64,000 bases of DNA from Negaprion brevirostris. Taxonomy: Eukaryota. Location: positions 89,833,210-89,897,209 of the forward strand of contig JARDVH010000001.1 in the NCBI GenBank assembly GCA_030324005.1, read 5' to 3'. Both the position numbers and the translations under genes were made by a program. The number at the start of each line of letters is the position of its first letter. Position 1 is the stretch's first letter. Below are positions 13,131 to 25,555 of this stretch, piece by piece. The notes below the pieces were generated by a model. That model did no database searches and was not told the origin of the DNA. It was given only the letters and a program-made list of their open reading frames with translations.

Positions 13131-13859
13131 CTGCCTATTATCCCTACTCTAATTTCCTCAGCAGATGAATAATTAGCCTTCAGTCCAATCAGTGCACCTT
13201 TCCCTCAGTGCTATACCAGATTGTTTGCCTGGATTGCATGTCTCTGGAGTGGGACTTGAACTGTAACCTCTGTCTCTGAGGCATGAGTGTTACCATGGAG
13301 CGAACTTTGTTAATAGATCTCCATCATTTAACTTGGGCTTTTGAATGTATCAGTGTGGAAAATTTTAATCATGCGTGGAAACAGCTCTAAAAGAAGCACA
13401 GGTGGTTCAGTTGGTGGCTCTCCTGCCCCTTTCTCAGTGCTATCACAAGGTTTAACATTATTCACAAAACTAAATTCAAGAAACATGGAATTGAAATCCA
13501 GGTGGTTTGCAACAGGATGGATTCAAATGCATTCTTAAAGAAATATTGCTATCCATTCTGACCAATAGACACGATTTCTTTGTACTGTTGCAAATTACAT
13601 GATATGAGGGGAAAAGACATACATTAAATAAATGTTGCTTTTTGGGATTACAGATTCAATCTCTGTTTAATTACATCCTCTTGGGTTCCTGAAGAATTTT
13701 TATTTAGCAGCTCTTTATGATTTAACAAGTAGCCAGTTCATTTTGCTATTTGGTTAGCAAAACCTGCATATTAGATGCATCGTCGTGCTTCATACTGCGT
13801 GGTTAGCTTGTTCTGTTCTGCAGGTAGTAGAAACTGAGAAACCTGAAGGTTTACTTTGA

Positions 13860-14243
<384 letters not shown>

Positions 14244-15599
14244 TAGCAGCTCAAAATTGATTTCTGTCACTAGTGCAGCCATGTACTTTTGTCCTTGCAA
14301 TAATGATGGGCTGTAATGAAGCTGATTCCTGAAGGTTTCCGACTCATGGACCAAGTAAAAAGTCAAGAAGCTGAAAAATTGACATGGAACGATTAACATA
14401 ACAAAGCCCAGAATTGTGCTTGGATATCCATGGTCCCGAGTAGAGACAATTTTTTTCTAATATCATTTTGTGAAGATTATAGATGCTAAACTAATGCTAA
14501 GTCTAGGTTAAAGGCAGGCAAATAAATCCGCTTTAATGTGATTACTTTTGCTTGAAGGTTGAATTTAAAGGTACTGTGATATTTTCTGCCTTGCCATAAT
14601 TATCAGTAATAGCCAAATTACCGCTCTTTCTACCCTTGGCTCAACCCAGACAGTGGCCAGGGGACGTGATAAAATCCCTGATGAGATGCAGAATTTGTGG
14701 TGGAAACTGAAGAGGGTGGCTTCAGTTTTCACATCATTTAATTGAAGAAAATTACAGCTCACCCAAGATTGAGTGACTACAGCAATGAAGGTGGAGAAGG
14801 GAAGATCAATAAGCGAGGAGGGCAGAGCATTTGGGGTTGCTACTCAGTGGGGCAGCCATGGTGCCTCAATGAACTTTTTAAACAGCGCTATGAGGTAAAG
14901 AGAGCAGCTGGCAAGCTGATCTGAGGGGAATCCAAACCCAGAAGACAGGAAAGTAAAGGTAGTTTGGCATCAGGCTAAGGAAGTGATTTTAAGGAAGTGG
15001 GCTGAGTACTTCTGGGGGGGACAGCTCATCTGAGGGAGGAAACGGTGGCCAAGGCTCTGGAGCTGAGCCAGTGAGCCANNNNNNNNNNNNNNNNNNNNNN
15101 NNNNNNNNNNNNNNNNNNNNNNNNNNNNNNNNNNNNNNNNNNNNNNNNNNNNNNNNNNNNNNNNNNNNNNNNNNNNNNGTTGGTAGGTGTTGATGTGATC
15201 GGTACAACTCGTGGGCCGAAGGGCCTGTTTGTGCTGTAGTGTTCTATGTTCTAAAAGATGACACACACGGATGAGAGCAAGGGGAGGAGACAGACGAGGA
15301 GGACCTGAGAGAGGCCAAGACAGCAAAAGAGAAATATAAGTAGTGACAGTCAGAGAAGAGGTTACCACAGGTATAGTAGAGATTAAAGAGTCACACAAAT
15401 CAAGACTTATTGCAAGTGGAATTTTTCCACCTCACCCGCCACGGGAATCGTATCAGGCAGAACATAGACCTTGCAAAGGTCTGTTGACCTCAGGCAGGAT
15501 TTTCCAGCCTTGGGGTGAGTGTGGCTGGAACATTCTTCGTCTTCGTCTTCTTCTCCTTCTCCTCCCCCCGAGTGTTCGAAGCTAAATGTTCAAGGCTCG

Positions 15600-16160
15600 C
15601 GTGAGATTGTCATGTAGACCAGGTGGATTCAGCTGTGAAGATTGTCAAACTAAAGTCCACGTCCAGGTTCAGAGACTGTTTTGGACAATGAATGAATCCA
15701 GATTTTTGAGAAAAGTGTCTGAGATTTGGTATACCAATGTGGAGTAAAGAGCAGTGAGACTGAAACCAGTGGAACTGGAACAGTGAAACACGGAGAGAAA
15801 GGTCAGGTTGAGAATAGGGAGCTGGTCCAAGGAGTAACCGTTTGGAGGTGAGGAACAGGAGTAATAATGATATTGCCCAGTCCCTGGAGGGGTCACTTGA
15901 AAATTTCTGATAGTTGAGTGGAGTCAATAGCTACAGGGAGCAACAGAAAGTTGCAAGATTAGTGGCAAGGCAGCAGGATCCAGACCTGGATGGCAACCAG
16001 CAGGAATAGATGGAAGCTTGCTGCAGAGTGAGAAGTTCCCAGCTGATACAGGAAACAGACCAGCTGTTGAAGTAGAAGAGGCCAGTGAGAATAGCTTTCA
16101 CCGTCAATGGTGGAGATCACATTCAAGAGGAGAAACTACTGAAGAAATGGATTCCAGCCC
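15600..16160 (-). mobile_element. Highly decayed L2-like LINE RT fragment
   Basis: Purine-rich + strand; the minus strand weakly resembles the L2 RT region around GS.LGP.LF. A related fragment lies at about 14590-14930. Confidence 0.35.
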
Positions 16161-16289
16161 ATGGCTCCAATGAACATGACTGTCTCTTTAGGGTCCAAGG
16201 CTACAGAGTAAAGGCAACAGTGCAAAACCTTAATATGTGAAATGTAAAAGATTCTAAAAGGGGCTTCACGGACACTGAAGTTCTTTCAC

Positions 16290-16560
16290 CTTTTTGTCAA
16301 GTCTAAAACCAGGATTCAATCTCAAGGTAAAGGGTTGATTATTTGCAAGTTAGATGAGGAACAATTTCTTCACTCGGAGTTGTGGATGCTCACTTTTTGA
16401 GTATTTTCGGGGTTGAGATTGGTATTTAAGGGGATTGAGGGAAATGGGTTTTGGGCAGGTAAGAAGAGTTGAGATCAGAGATCAGCCATGATCTTACTGA
16501 ATGTCAGAGCAGACACCAGTGGCAAGATGACCCATTTTGGCTTCAATTTCATATATTTTT
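16290..16560 (+). mobile_element. CR1 3' end fragment
   Basis: gatgaggaacaatttcttcactc...gatcagagatcagccatgatcttactgaatg, homologous to the other CR1 tails in the window. Confidence 0.7.
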
Positions 16561-16899
16561 AACTTCCATTTGCAGTCATTATATTCATCTTAATTGAAGG
16601 CACCCATCAATAAAAGTAGACATTACTGTCTGCACATGTTTTCTTTTTAATTAAACAGCAACTTGCATTTCTAAACTCCCTCCTTAATGTAATAAAACGT
16701 GTCAAGGCATTTTAGAGGAACATTAGCAAACAAGGTTTAAGCCTGATTTTAATCTTGCAAATGAGGCTGTGGACTGTGATATCATTAGAACTTTGCAGTT
16801 TTGTTCACTTGGAAAATAAGACCATCTGTGATTTTCTTTTTAAAAAGACACTTTTTTTTATTGTCTTCCTTAATTTCCCTTTTTCCACCTTATTTTATT

Positions 16900-17250
16900 C
16901 CCCCTTTGCTTCTCCTTTCCCTCTTCTCAATTTTGCCTCTCCCACTCATCTCCCTCCTCCCCCCCCCCCACATCTTCATCTGTCACAACTTACCCTCTGA
17001 TTTCAACTTCTCTGCTGAATTGGCTATTTACACCTTCTATTCTTGCTATGAGCTGCCATTAGCAGCCTTTCCAATTGTTTTTGTAGCTCTGACTCATCTT
17101 TCATTCCCTCACCTACAGTGTAAATATCTCCCACTTTCTATGCCTTTTAACTTTGACAAAAGGTCACCTGGACGCAAGATGTTAGCTCTTTTCTCTCCTT
17201 ACAGATGCTGCTAGAGCTGCTGAGATTTTCCAGTAATTTCTCTTTTGGTC
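16900..17250 (+). mobile_element. Penelope-like fragment
   Basis: Pyrimidine-rich run then tttgacaaaaggtcacctggacgcaagatgttagctcttttctctccttacagatgctgctagagctgctgagattttccag. Confidence 0.6.
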
Positions 17251-18039
17251 CCATTTCCAATCTCCCTTTTTTTTTTCAAATGTTGAATGGAACACACCCC
17301 CTCCCAAATTAATGCCCATCTTCCCTGGGACTCGATGTTGAATCGCTCTCTAAGCAGGTTTCAGCTCTGACCACAGTAACAAAAAAAATGTTGTTTATGA
17401 CTTTGAGATGTGACAGTGATGAATCTCTCTGCAGCCTTTTGATGTGGTTGACCACNNNNNNNNNNNNNNNNNNNNNNNNNNNNNNNNNNNNNNNNNNNNN
17501 NNNNNNNNNNNNNNNNNNNNNNNNNNNNNNNNNNNNNNNNNNNNNNNNNNNNNNNCGGCACATCATCCAACTGGGTTACCTCTTTTTAGTCTAAGATATC
17601 TAAGCGTAGCCAGAGAATCTCCATCAATGGATTTTTTTTTTCCCCCTGCATTCCCACAGTTATCTCTGGTATCCCCCGGGTTCTAGCCTCAGAGCCCTTG
17701 TCGCTTGCACGCTCGCCCCCATCCAGATATTGCGTCTTGGTGATTTCATCTGAAAACACACGCAGTTTTTACCCATAGACTGAAAACATCCCATTCAGCC
17801 TCCTCACACCTGTCCCAACCCTCTGTCTTTAAACCTGGAGACTTATCCAGAACCCAGAGCAAGATGAGATGGGAGGAGATGTACTCCAATTAAATATTGT
17901 GAGGACTGATGATATTGCTTTTAGTGGCCACCACAACCTTCACTGATTGCATCCTCCTAGCAACTCTGTCATATTTGATAAACAAAACAGACTTTTAACC
18001 CATGTACCCTTATTGACACCAAGACCAGCTATTTCTATC

Positions 18040-18585
18040 TCCAGCCTTCTCCTGTGCCATTCATATCTCAGTTGCCGAAATCCTCATTAATGTTCTTTGT
18101 TACCTCTGGACTTGACTGTTCAAGCACATTCCTGACTGACCTCCAAACCCAGCAGCCCATTTCCTAATTCACAACAGATTATCCCTGTCCTCATTGACCT
18201 ATCCTGGCTCTTAGCCCTGATTTTTAAAGTTTGCATCGTTGTTTCCAAATCCACTGTGCCCAGCTCCTTTCTAGCTCTGAAATCTCACCAGCCGTAAAAC
18301 CGTTCCGATAATTGCAATCCTCTCATTCTGGCCTTAAGCCTCCCTAATTCTAATAGCCCCTCCATTGGTGACTGCCTTCAGCTGCTTAAGCTTGAAGCCC
18401 AGGAATTTCCTCCCCCAACCCTCCCCACCTCATTTACTCCTTTTTAAGACACTTTTAAAACCTATCTCTTGACCTGGTTTTTGGTCAATTGCCTTATTAT
18501 CATATGTTGTGCAATGTTATATTTCCTCTGTAGTGCCTTGGGTGTTTTATGTTAAAGGCACTATATAAATACAAGATGTAATAAA
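18040..18585 (+). mobile_element. L2-like LINE 3' end
   Basis: tttgttacctctggacttgactgttc resembles the FVTSRLDY motif; tail ttttaaaacctatctcttgacc..ttttggtca..gttaaaggcactatataaatacaag is shared with 44810-45490 and 55125-55780. Confidence 0.65.
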
Positions 18586-20539
18586 AATCATAGCATTACT
18601 GCCATGGGAATTTGGCTGGAGTGAAATAGATTAGCTGTTTCCTCAGGAGGTGGCAATAACACACGACAGCTGTTCCATTCACACTTCGTACCTTGTGTTT
18701 ACCAAGAATGGAACAATCAGTTCTGAAATGTAATGCTAAGGAAAGTTCTGCAAGGAGGATGCTGTATCCTTTTAGATGTTATGCATCTTGTCAGAACTGT
18801 TAAGTTTAGAGTTTGAGTCACAAGCAGGTTTGCATCAACACTGCATTGAAGTTACTGTGAAAATCTAGTTGCCACACTCCACGCCTGTTCGGATAAACTG
18901 AGGGAGATTCACCTAACCAGCACATGTTTCACAGCATAGATTGTCTAGAGTGTATTCATTGTGTTTAAACAAAAGCCCATTGGTTGCTTATTGATGTCCA
19001 AGTGAACTTCGGGGGTGTAGGTTTACCCATACTTAATATTTTAGACATTTTTGCATTTTTAAAAATCAACATGCTGTAAATTTGTACCCTTAATCTGTCT
19101 TTCCTTAGAACCAACATGAGGCTTTCTGCATCTGATGTGTTTTTTTGCAGTGTATGGTAAATTTGCATAACTTTAGTTCTGACTTATAATCCTCCTTCCC
19201 TTATAAGTAGCACTCCTAGATCTGTTGCGCAACATCTTTTTCAGGCTTTTGTAATGATTTTGCTGCTCTGACCAGGAGGTGGTGTATGAAAGCTGCCCTT
19301 GACTCTCTGAAGATTAGGAAGTTGTGAGAGTAAATTTGACAAACCTGAATAGTGTTACTTAAGGAACAGCATGCCCAAGACAATACCAAACTGGGGTGAG
19401 ATGACCTAGATAGTGTCAAGGAAAGCGGCAGCTGCCTTCAAATTTTGACCCTTCATTTATAAGCTAGAATGCTGGTGTTTTATTATTGAGTTGCATCAGA
19501 TGAGCAAGTCTCTGCTTGTTTCATTGTTTTCAGCTTGGCATCTTGCTAACTAGGATGGATGTTCTGTCAGGCAATTGCAGTGGGGTGATTTAATTCACTG
19601 TATTAAGATTTATATTTTATATTTAATTGTCAATAATCAATATTCTATTAACAAAAGTTATTGCTTCATTTAGTCCACATGTTAATTTCCTAAGAGTAAC
19701 TTTGACATACTGCTGCAAGATCTAACAAAAGGAATGTGATTTCCTATTTTTGGTACCAGAGAGATTAAGGTAGAGCGTGAGCTGACTCCATTAATTGTAG
19801 CCTGTCAGATTGAAGATAACTTTCATCTGGAGCATCACTGCAGCTATGATTGTCATTCTGTCCTAATTAAGCTTCAAATATTAATCATTTTCAGGAAAGA
19901 CCTTCTCTCAAGGGAGAGGAATTTCTGAAGAAAACTGGAAGTTTTATAGTTTCCTCATTCTGGTTACTGCAGTGTTAAAGAATTGTATTTCACAAAACTA
20001 CTTTGGGATTTGCAATAACTAAGTCTTCAGGTCAGAGGAAAAGCCTGATGTTCTGGGTGAATTGCTGTGAAATGTATTTTTAACCACCCTTGGGCCAAGC
20101 ACTTCCTGATTTTCAACTCTGAGTTTTATTAAGTGCGACTGGATTAATTGAAAGTGACTTAATCTTTCTTTCATCAGTGTGAATTATTATTTCCTGATGC
20201 TCTCCTGAGTACGTGGTAATAATTGCACCTTAGCCTTGGGTGTTTGTGGGACTAACTTGGGTGTTGGAACTTGATGTGCTCCCAATAAAGGAAGACATTT
20301 TTTACTTGTAGCTGTCTTCTGCTGTTCTCTTCCAATTATCAGCCCTCAGTGCATTGGTATGGACTTCATCCAAATCAGGTATCCTGTGCGCTCGCTTGCT
20401 CCTGCTTTACCCTCATTGTTTCCACCTCTATAGTGCAAACCTAATTAGCACACTGGTACAGAAAAGACAGTATTGATAGTTGGATGGTTACAGAATTATG
20501 TTTATTAAGTGGAAACTGGATATTGCACTATTTCTGGCA

Positions 20540-20850
20540 TTGGCAGTGGTCAAACAGTAACACTTTTTTTTGTCCCTTTTAGTCAGAAGATTGTGAATTA
20601 GAGTACCACCCCGCAAATTTGAATGAAAAGCCTAGGCTAACATTCCAGTGCAGTACCGAGTTACTGGCTTTCATATGAGATGTTAGGCTATATCACTATC
20701 ACTAAGAAAAACATGGGAGTCCTCACCAATATTTATTCCTCAATCAACATGATTGAGATAGATTTTCTGGTCATTATTGTGTTGCTGATTGTGCTTTGTG
20801 TGTACTGTCTTCTGTGTTATCTGCAGTCAGCAAGGCTGCATTTCAAGACA
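20540..20850 (+). mobile_element. Deu-domain SINE (decayed)
   Basis: atatttattcctcaatcaacat..gattttctggtcattattgtgttgctg, homologous to 42075-42482. Confidence 0.55.
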
Positions 20851-21600
20851 GTTACCTAATGAGGAACAGTTGAACAGGTTTGGCCTATACTCTGGAGTTT
20901 AGGAGAATGAGAGGTGATCTTATTGAAACGCTAAACTATGAGAGGGCTTGACTTGTGAAATGTTTCCCCTTGTGGGAGTGTGTAGAACTAGGAGACCTAG
21001 TTTAAAAATTAGGAGTCTGTCCTTTTAAGACTGAGATGACAATTCTTTTTCTCTTGAGGGGCATCAGTAAATGAAATTTTTTTTTCTGCAGAGAGTCGTG
21101 GAGTCTGGGTCACTGAATATGTTACAAGTCTGGATTTAGATTTTTGGTTGACAAGGGAGCTGAGGGTTATGGGAAATATACAGGAGAATGGAGTTAAAAC
21201 TGCAGTGAATTCAGCCATGATCTAGAAATTTGACACCGTCTGGGGGCCAAACAGTCTGCATGATTGGATTCTGAACACAACATTTGATTCCCTCTTCCAC
21301 CAGACCACAGTAGCAGCAGTACATATAAGATGCACTGCAGCAAGTCCCCAATGTTTCTTTAACAGCATCTACCAAACCTGTGACTGTGTGCATCTCATCA
21401 CCTGCAAGTTTCCTTCCGTCAGACAGAATCTGGATTTGGAAATCTATCACTGTTACTGGGTGAAAATCCTGGAACTCCTCTAACAGCAGGGCAGATTTAC
21501 CTAAATCTGAAAAACAGCAGCAGTTCAAGAGGCAGCTCACCAACTCCTTACAGGCATTAGTGGACAGTATATAAAGACAAGGGATGACTTGCATTTATGG
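20850..21600 (+). mobile_element. Two adjacent CR1-clade 3' fragments
   Basis: ctctggagtttaggagaatgagaggtgatcttattgaaac (LEFRRMRGDLIE) to about 21225, then a second family homologous to 3373-3710. Confidence 0.7.
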
Positions 21601-23820
21601 AGTGNNNNNNNNNNNNNNNNNNNNNNNNNNNNNNNNNNNNNNNNNNNNNNNNNNNNNNNNNNNNNNNNNNNNNNNNNNNNNNNNNNNNNNNNNNNNNNNN
21701 NNNNNNNNNNNNNNNNNNNNNNNNNNNNNNNNNNNNNNNNNNNNNNNNNNNNNNNNNNNNNNNNNNNNNNNNNNNNNNNNNNNNNNNNNNNNNNNNNNNN
21801 NNNNNNNNNNNNNNNNNNNNNNNNNNNNNNNNNNNNNNNNNNNNNNNNNNNNNNNNNNNNNNNNNNNNNNNNNNNNNNNNNNNNNNNNNNNNNNNNNNNN
21901 NNNNNNNNNNNNNNNNNNNNNNNNNNNNNNNNNNNNNNNNNNNNNNNNNNNNNNNNNNNNNNNNNNNNNNNNNNNNNNNNNNNNNNNNNNNNNNNNNNNN
22001 NNNNNNNNNNNNNNNNNNNNNNNNNNNNNNNNNNNNNNNNNNNNNNNNNNNNNNNNNNNNNNNNNNNNNNNNNNNNNNNNNNNNNNNNNNNNNNNNNNNN
22101 NNNNNNNNNNNNNNNNNNNNNNNNNNNNNNNNNNNNNNNNNNNNNNNNNNNNNNNNNNNNNNNNNNNNNNNNNNNNNNNNNNNNNNNNNNNNNNNNNNNN
22201 NNNNNNNNGTTAGTCAGAAGATGATCATTGCCAAAAGGTGCAAAACCTGAAAATGCAGTACAAGATCAATCAAATAAACAGCAAAGATTTATTGTTGCTA
22301 GAAAAGTGTATCCTTTGTTGCTGTAGCCATTTTGATCAAGGCTTGGAGGTAATTGAATAATTCAAATTCCATTTTATTATATAGGATTCTAGGCCTCTTA
22401 CAGGTGTCTTGGGAATCACATTCTGCAATTCTCTATTTCTGAGTGAACACTGCAAATCAATGGTTTCTCGTGACTAATGCCTATCGATTTTACTAATACT
22501 TCGTGCTGAAGTTTGAATTTGGTTGAGTGCTTTGTCATATAGCCGCTGCTTTTCTTATTATTGTATTTTGATGGAAGGAGATCAACTTGTAGTATTTCTG
22601 TAAAATTGGAAGAAGCGTTCGTAAAGGTAGAAAGGAATTTTCAGTTGGAACTGATCAAAAATTACACTGAGTCGGAATGTAGACTTTTCAGTCAAAGGGA
22701 TCAGCTATTCATATGCAGTTACAGGGACAGTGAAGGATACTTACGCAGTTGTGTGTGTGTGTGTATATAGAATTTCAAAACTGTTGTTAAGTTGGTAGAG
22801 ATCAGTGACATGTTCATAATTTTAGAATCCAAAAGTCAGGAATTTGCTGAAAGAATGAATTCACAAGGTTCACTGTTTAAAACAAAAGAATTTTGCAAAT
22901 CAAAAAAATCAATATGAATAAATCTATTATCTTAAATAGTCAGTTAAAGATTTATTAGATTTGATTTATTGTCACATGTATTGGGATACAATGTAAAGTA
23001 TTGTTTTTTGCGCGCTATACAGACATCATACCACCCATAGGGTACATAGGGCAGAATGAAAGGAGAGGAGCGTGCGGAATGAAGAGTTACAGTCATCCAA
23101 ACCTCAAAGATTGAATTAGTACATTGTTAGAGAGTTTGCAAGAATTAGAGTAGAGTTTTAGTAGCATAGACCAAAAGTGAAAGATAAAATTAGAGGGTAT
23201 GCCGGGCAGGGCTCATAAGAAATTGCCATGCTCCACCAACGCAGTTACCTGTACTCTGAACCAAACTTATCTAAAATTTCCTTCATCCATTTGACTTGCA
23301 CCTCCAGTAACTCAAGTCTGACTTGTATCAGAAATTGGAAGACGAACCGCTTGGTCTGATCACCTTTTAAGATTTCATAAAAGGATTGAGATTTCTTGAG
23401 CTTTGTGCTCCCTCCACTTGTGCCTCGATTATAGACTCTCCATTCAACAAAGGTATAATTAACTTCTTAATCATAGCCAACTCAACATGTTCAACTCTGA
23501 CATCTAAAACTCTCACTGTCCTACCCCCTTTCCCCCAGTCACACTCAGTTTGGTTATCCCTAGAAAATCAACTTACTATTAGGACTCCATCTGTTACTTG
23601 AAGATGGAAGTTGATCTGAACACTGCTTGAATGAGATGCTTCTTGTTATGCAGGCAGATTGTTCTAAATACCAACTAAACCTATCTGCAATGGAAACACA
23701 CCCAGGAGCCTACACATCCCTTTAATTAACTGGTTGACTCACTCATTTATTTCCTAGCCAATCTGGTCATATGATGCTTTTCTGGGAGTCAGCTGATTTT
23801 TACCAGAAATCTTTGAGAAA

Positions 23821-24128
23821 GGGTGGCACCATGGTTAGTACTGCTGCCTCATAGCTCCAGGAACCTGGGTTTGATTCCTGGCTTGAGTCACTGTGTGTGT
23901 GGGTTTCCTCCAGGTGCTCCAGTTTTCTCCCACAGTTCAAAGATGTGCAGGTTGGGTTGATTGGCCATGCTAAATTGCCCGTTAGTGTCCCGGGATGCGT
24001 AGCTTAGGGGGATCAGCGGGGTAAATGTGTGGGGTTCCGGGGATAGGGCCTGGGCGGGATTGTTGTCAGTGCAGACTCAATGGGCCGAATGGCCGCCTCC
24101 TACACTGTAGGGATTCAGTGATTCCATG
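23821..24128 (+). mobile_element. HE1-like SINE
   Basis: gggtggcaccatggttagtactgctgcctcatagctccaggaacctggg...cagactcaatgggccgaatggccgcctcctacactgtagggattc. Confidence 0.85.
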
Positions 24129-24139
24129 AGAAAACAAGT

Positions 24140-25555
24140 CCTTCAAGGGATTCTCGCCTCCAACATAAAATATAGCAGTTTTACCCCAACAATACGAGGG
24201 CCATAGACTGGGTCAGCTGAATTAAAACTCAGTTTATTCAATGGATAATTGCAGAGTAGACATGACATAGGCAGAAAGTATGATGAAGGATGATTTTCAG
24301 GCAAGAGGTAAGTAATGTAGTCATGTGCTAAGACCACTGCTATTGGTAGTGTACATATGTTAGTGACCTGAACTTTTAGAATGCGGGATACATTTTCAAA
24401 GTTTGAACATGGCCTAAAACTGGGAAGTATAGTAAAGAATGAATAGAATATAGACTGCAGATACAGACAAATTAAACTTAATGCAAAGGAGCATGAAGTG
24501 ATTTAGTTTGGCAGGGAGACCGAGGCAAGACCTCACTCTCCCTGCCAAATAAAAACATAGATATCATTTTAAAATGGTGCAGGAATCTAGAGGTGTATGC
24601 ACACCAATCTTTGAAGGTGGCAGGGCAGAGAGAAAATGCTACAGAATCAATTGAGATCTTTTGCTTTGTAAAGGGACATAGACAATAAAACCAAAAATTA
24701 AGCTAAATATTTTGAAATTCTGGTTCGGCCTCAGCTGGAATATTGTGCCCAATTTTGGGCACCGCACTTCATGAAGGGGTGGAAGAGATTTATGAGAATG
24801 AAACCGATGACGAATGCCTGAGTTTCATGGAGAGACTTGAGAAGCTATGGTTGCTATCCTTAAAGCAAGAGAAGATTCGGAAGAGATGATGGAAGTGTTT
24901 AAAATAGTGGTTTTGATCGTTTAAATGCAGTAAGTTGTCTTCTAAGACCAGGTTAAAGTCCGGCAGATTTATTTGTAGCACAAGCTTTCAGAGCACTGCC
25001 CCTTCATGAAGGGGCAGTGCTCCGAAAGCTCGTGCTACCCAATAAACCTGTTGGACTTTAATCTGGTGTTATGAGACTAACTCTACTTATCCCAGTCCAA
25101 CGCTGGCAGCTCCACATCATAATTTAAATAGGAATAGGTGCATTTACCCGAACAAGTGCCAGAGTGTGTTGACTAGGGGATTTTCACAGTAACTTCATTG
25201 CAATGTTAATGTAAGCCTCACTTGTGACTAATAAATAAACTTTTTTTAAAATAAAAGAGATTTTAGTGGTGGAAGGATTGGTAATCCGGAAATACAAATT
25301 TAAGCAGATTGAACTGGAGGCAATGTGAGGAAAGATTTCTTTACGCAACAACCTGTATTCTACTGTGCCCTACTTGAAAAGGTGTTGGAAACAGTTTCAG
25401 TAATAACTTTCGAAGAAGGAATTGGACAAATAATTGGAGGAAAAATTTTACAAGGTTTTGGGGAAAGTATAGTGGAATGGGATGAAATGGATAGCTGTAC
25501 CCAGAACACAGGCACAATGGACTGAATGTCCATCTGTGCTGCATCATATACAATA
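24140..25555 (+). mobile_element. Decayed CR1 LINE interrupted by a Penelope palindrome and a SINE tail
   Basis: ctggttcggcctcagctggaatattgtgcccaattttggg (VRPQLEYCAQFW) at about 24720; the 3' part resumes at about 25255. Confidence 0.7.
24945..25120. mobile_element. Penelope-like pLTR fragment with an inverted duplication
   Basis: Perfect 32-bp palindrome 24991-25022 inside roughly 62-bp imperfect arms. Family sequence gaaagctcgtgct..aataaacctgttggactttaa..ctggtgtt also occurs at 37905 and 61690. Confidence 0.65.

Noticed and set aside
21584-22250. Long ORFs of 200+ aa here and at 36348-37160
   Set aside because: Artefacts of translating through N-gaps.
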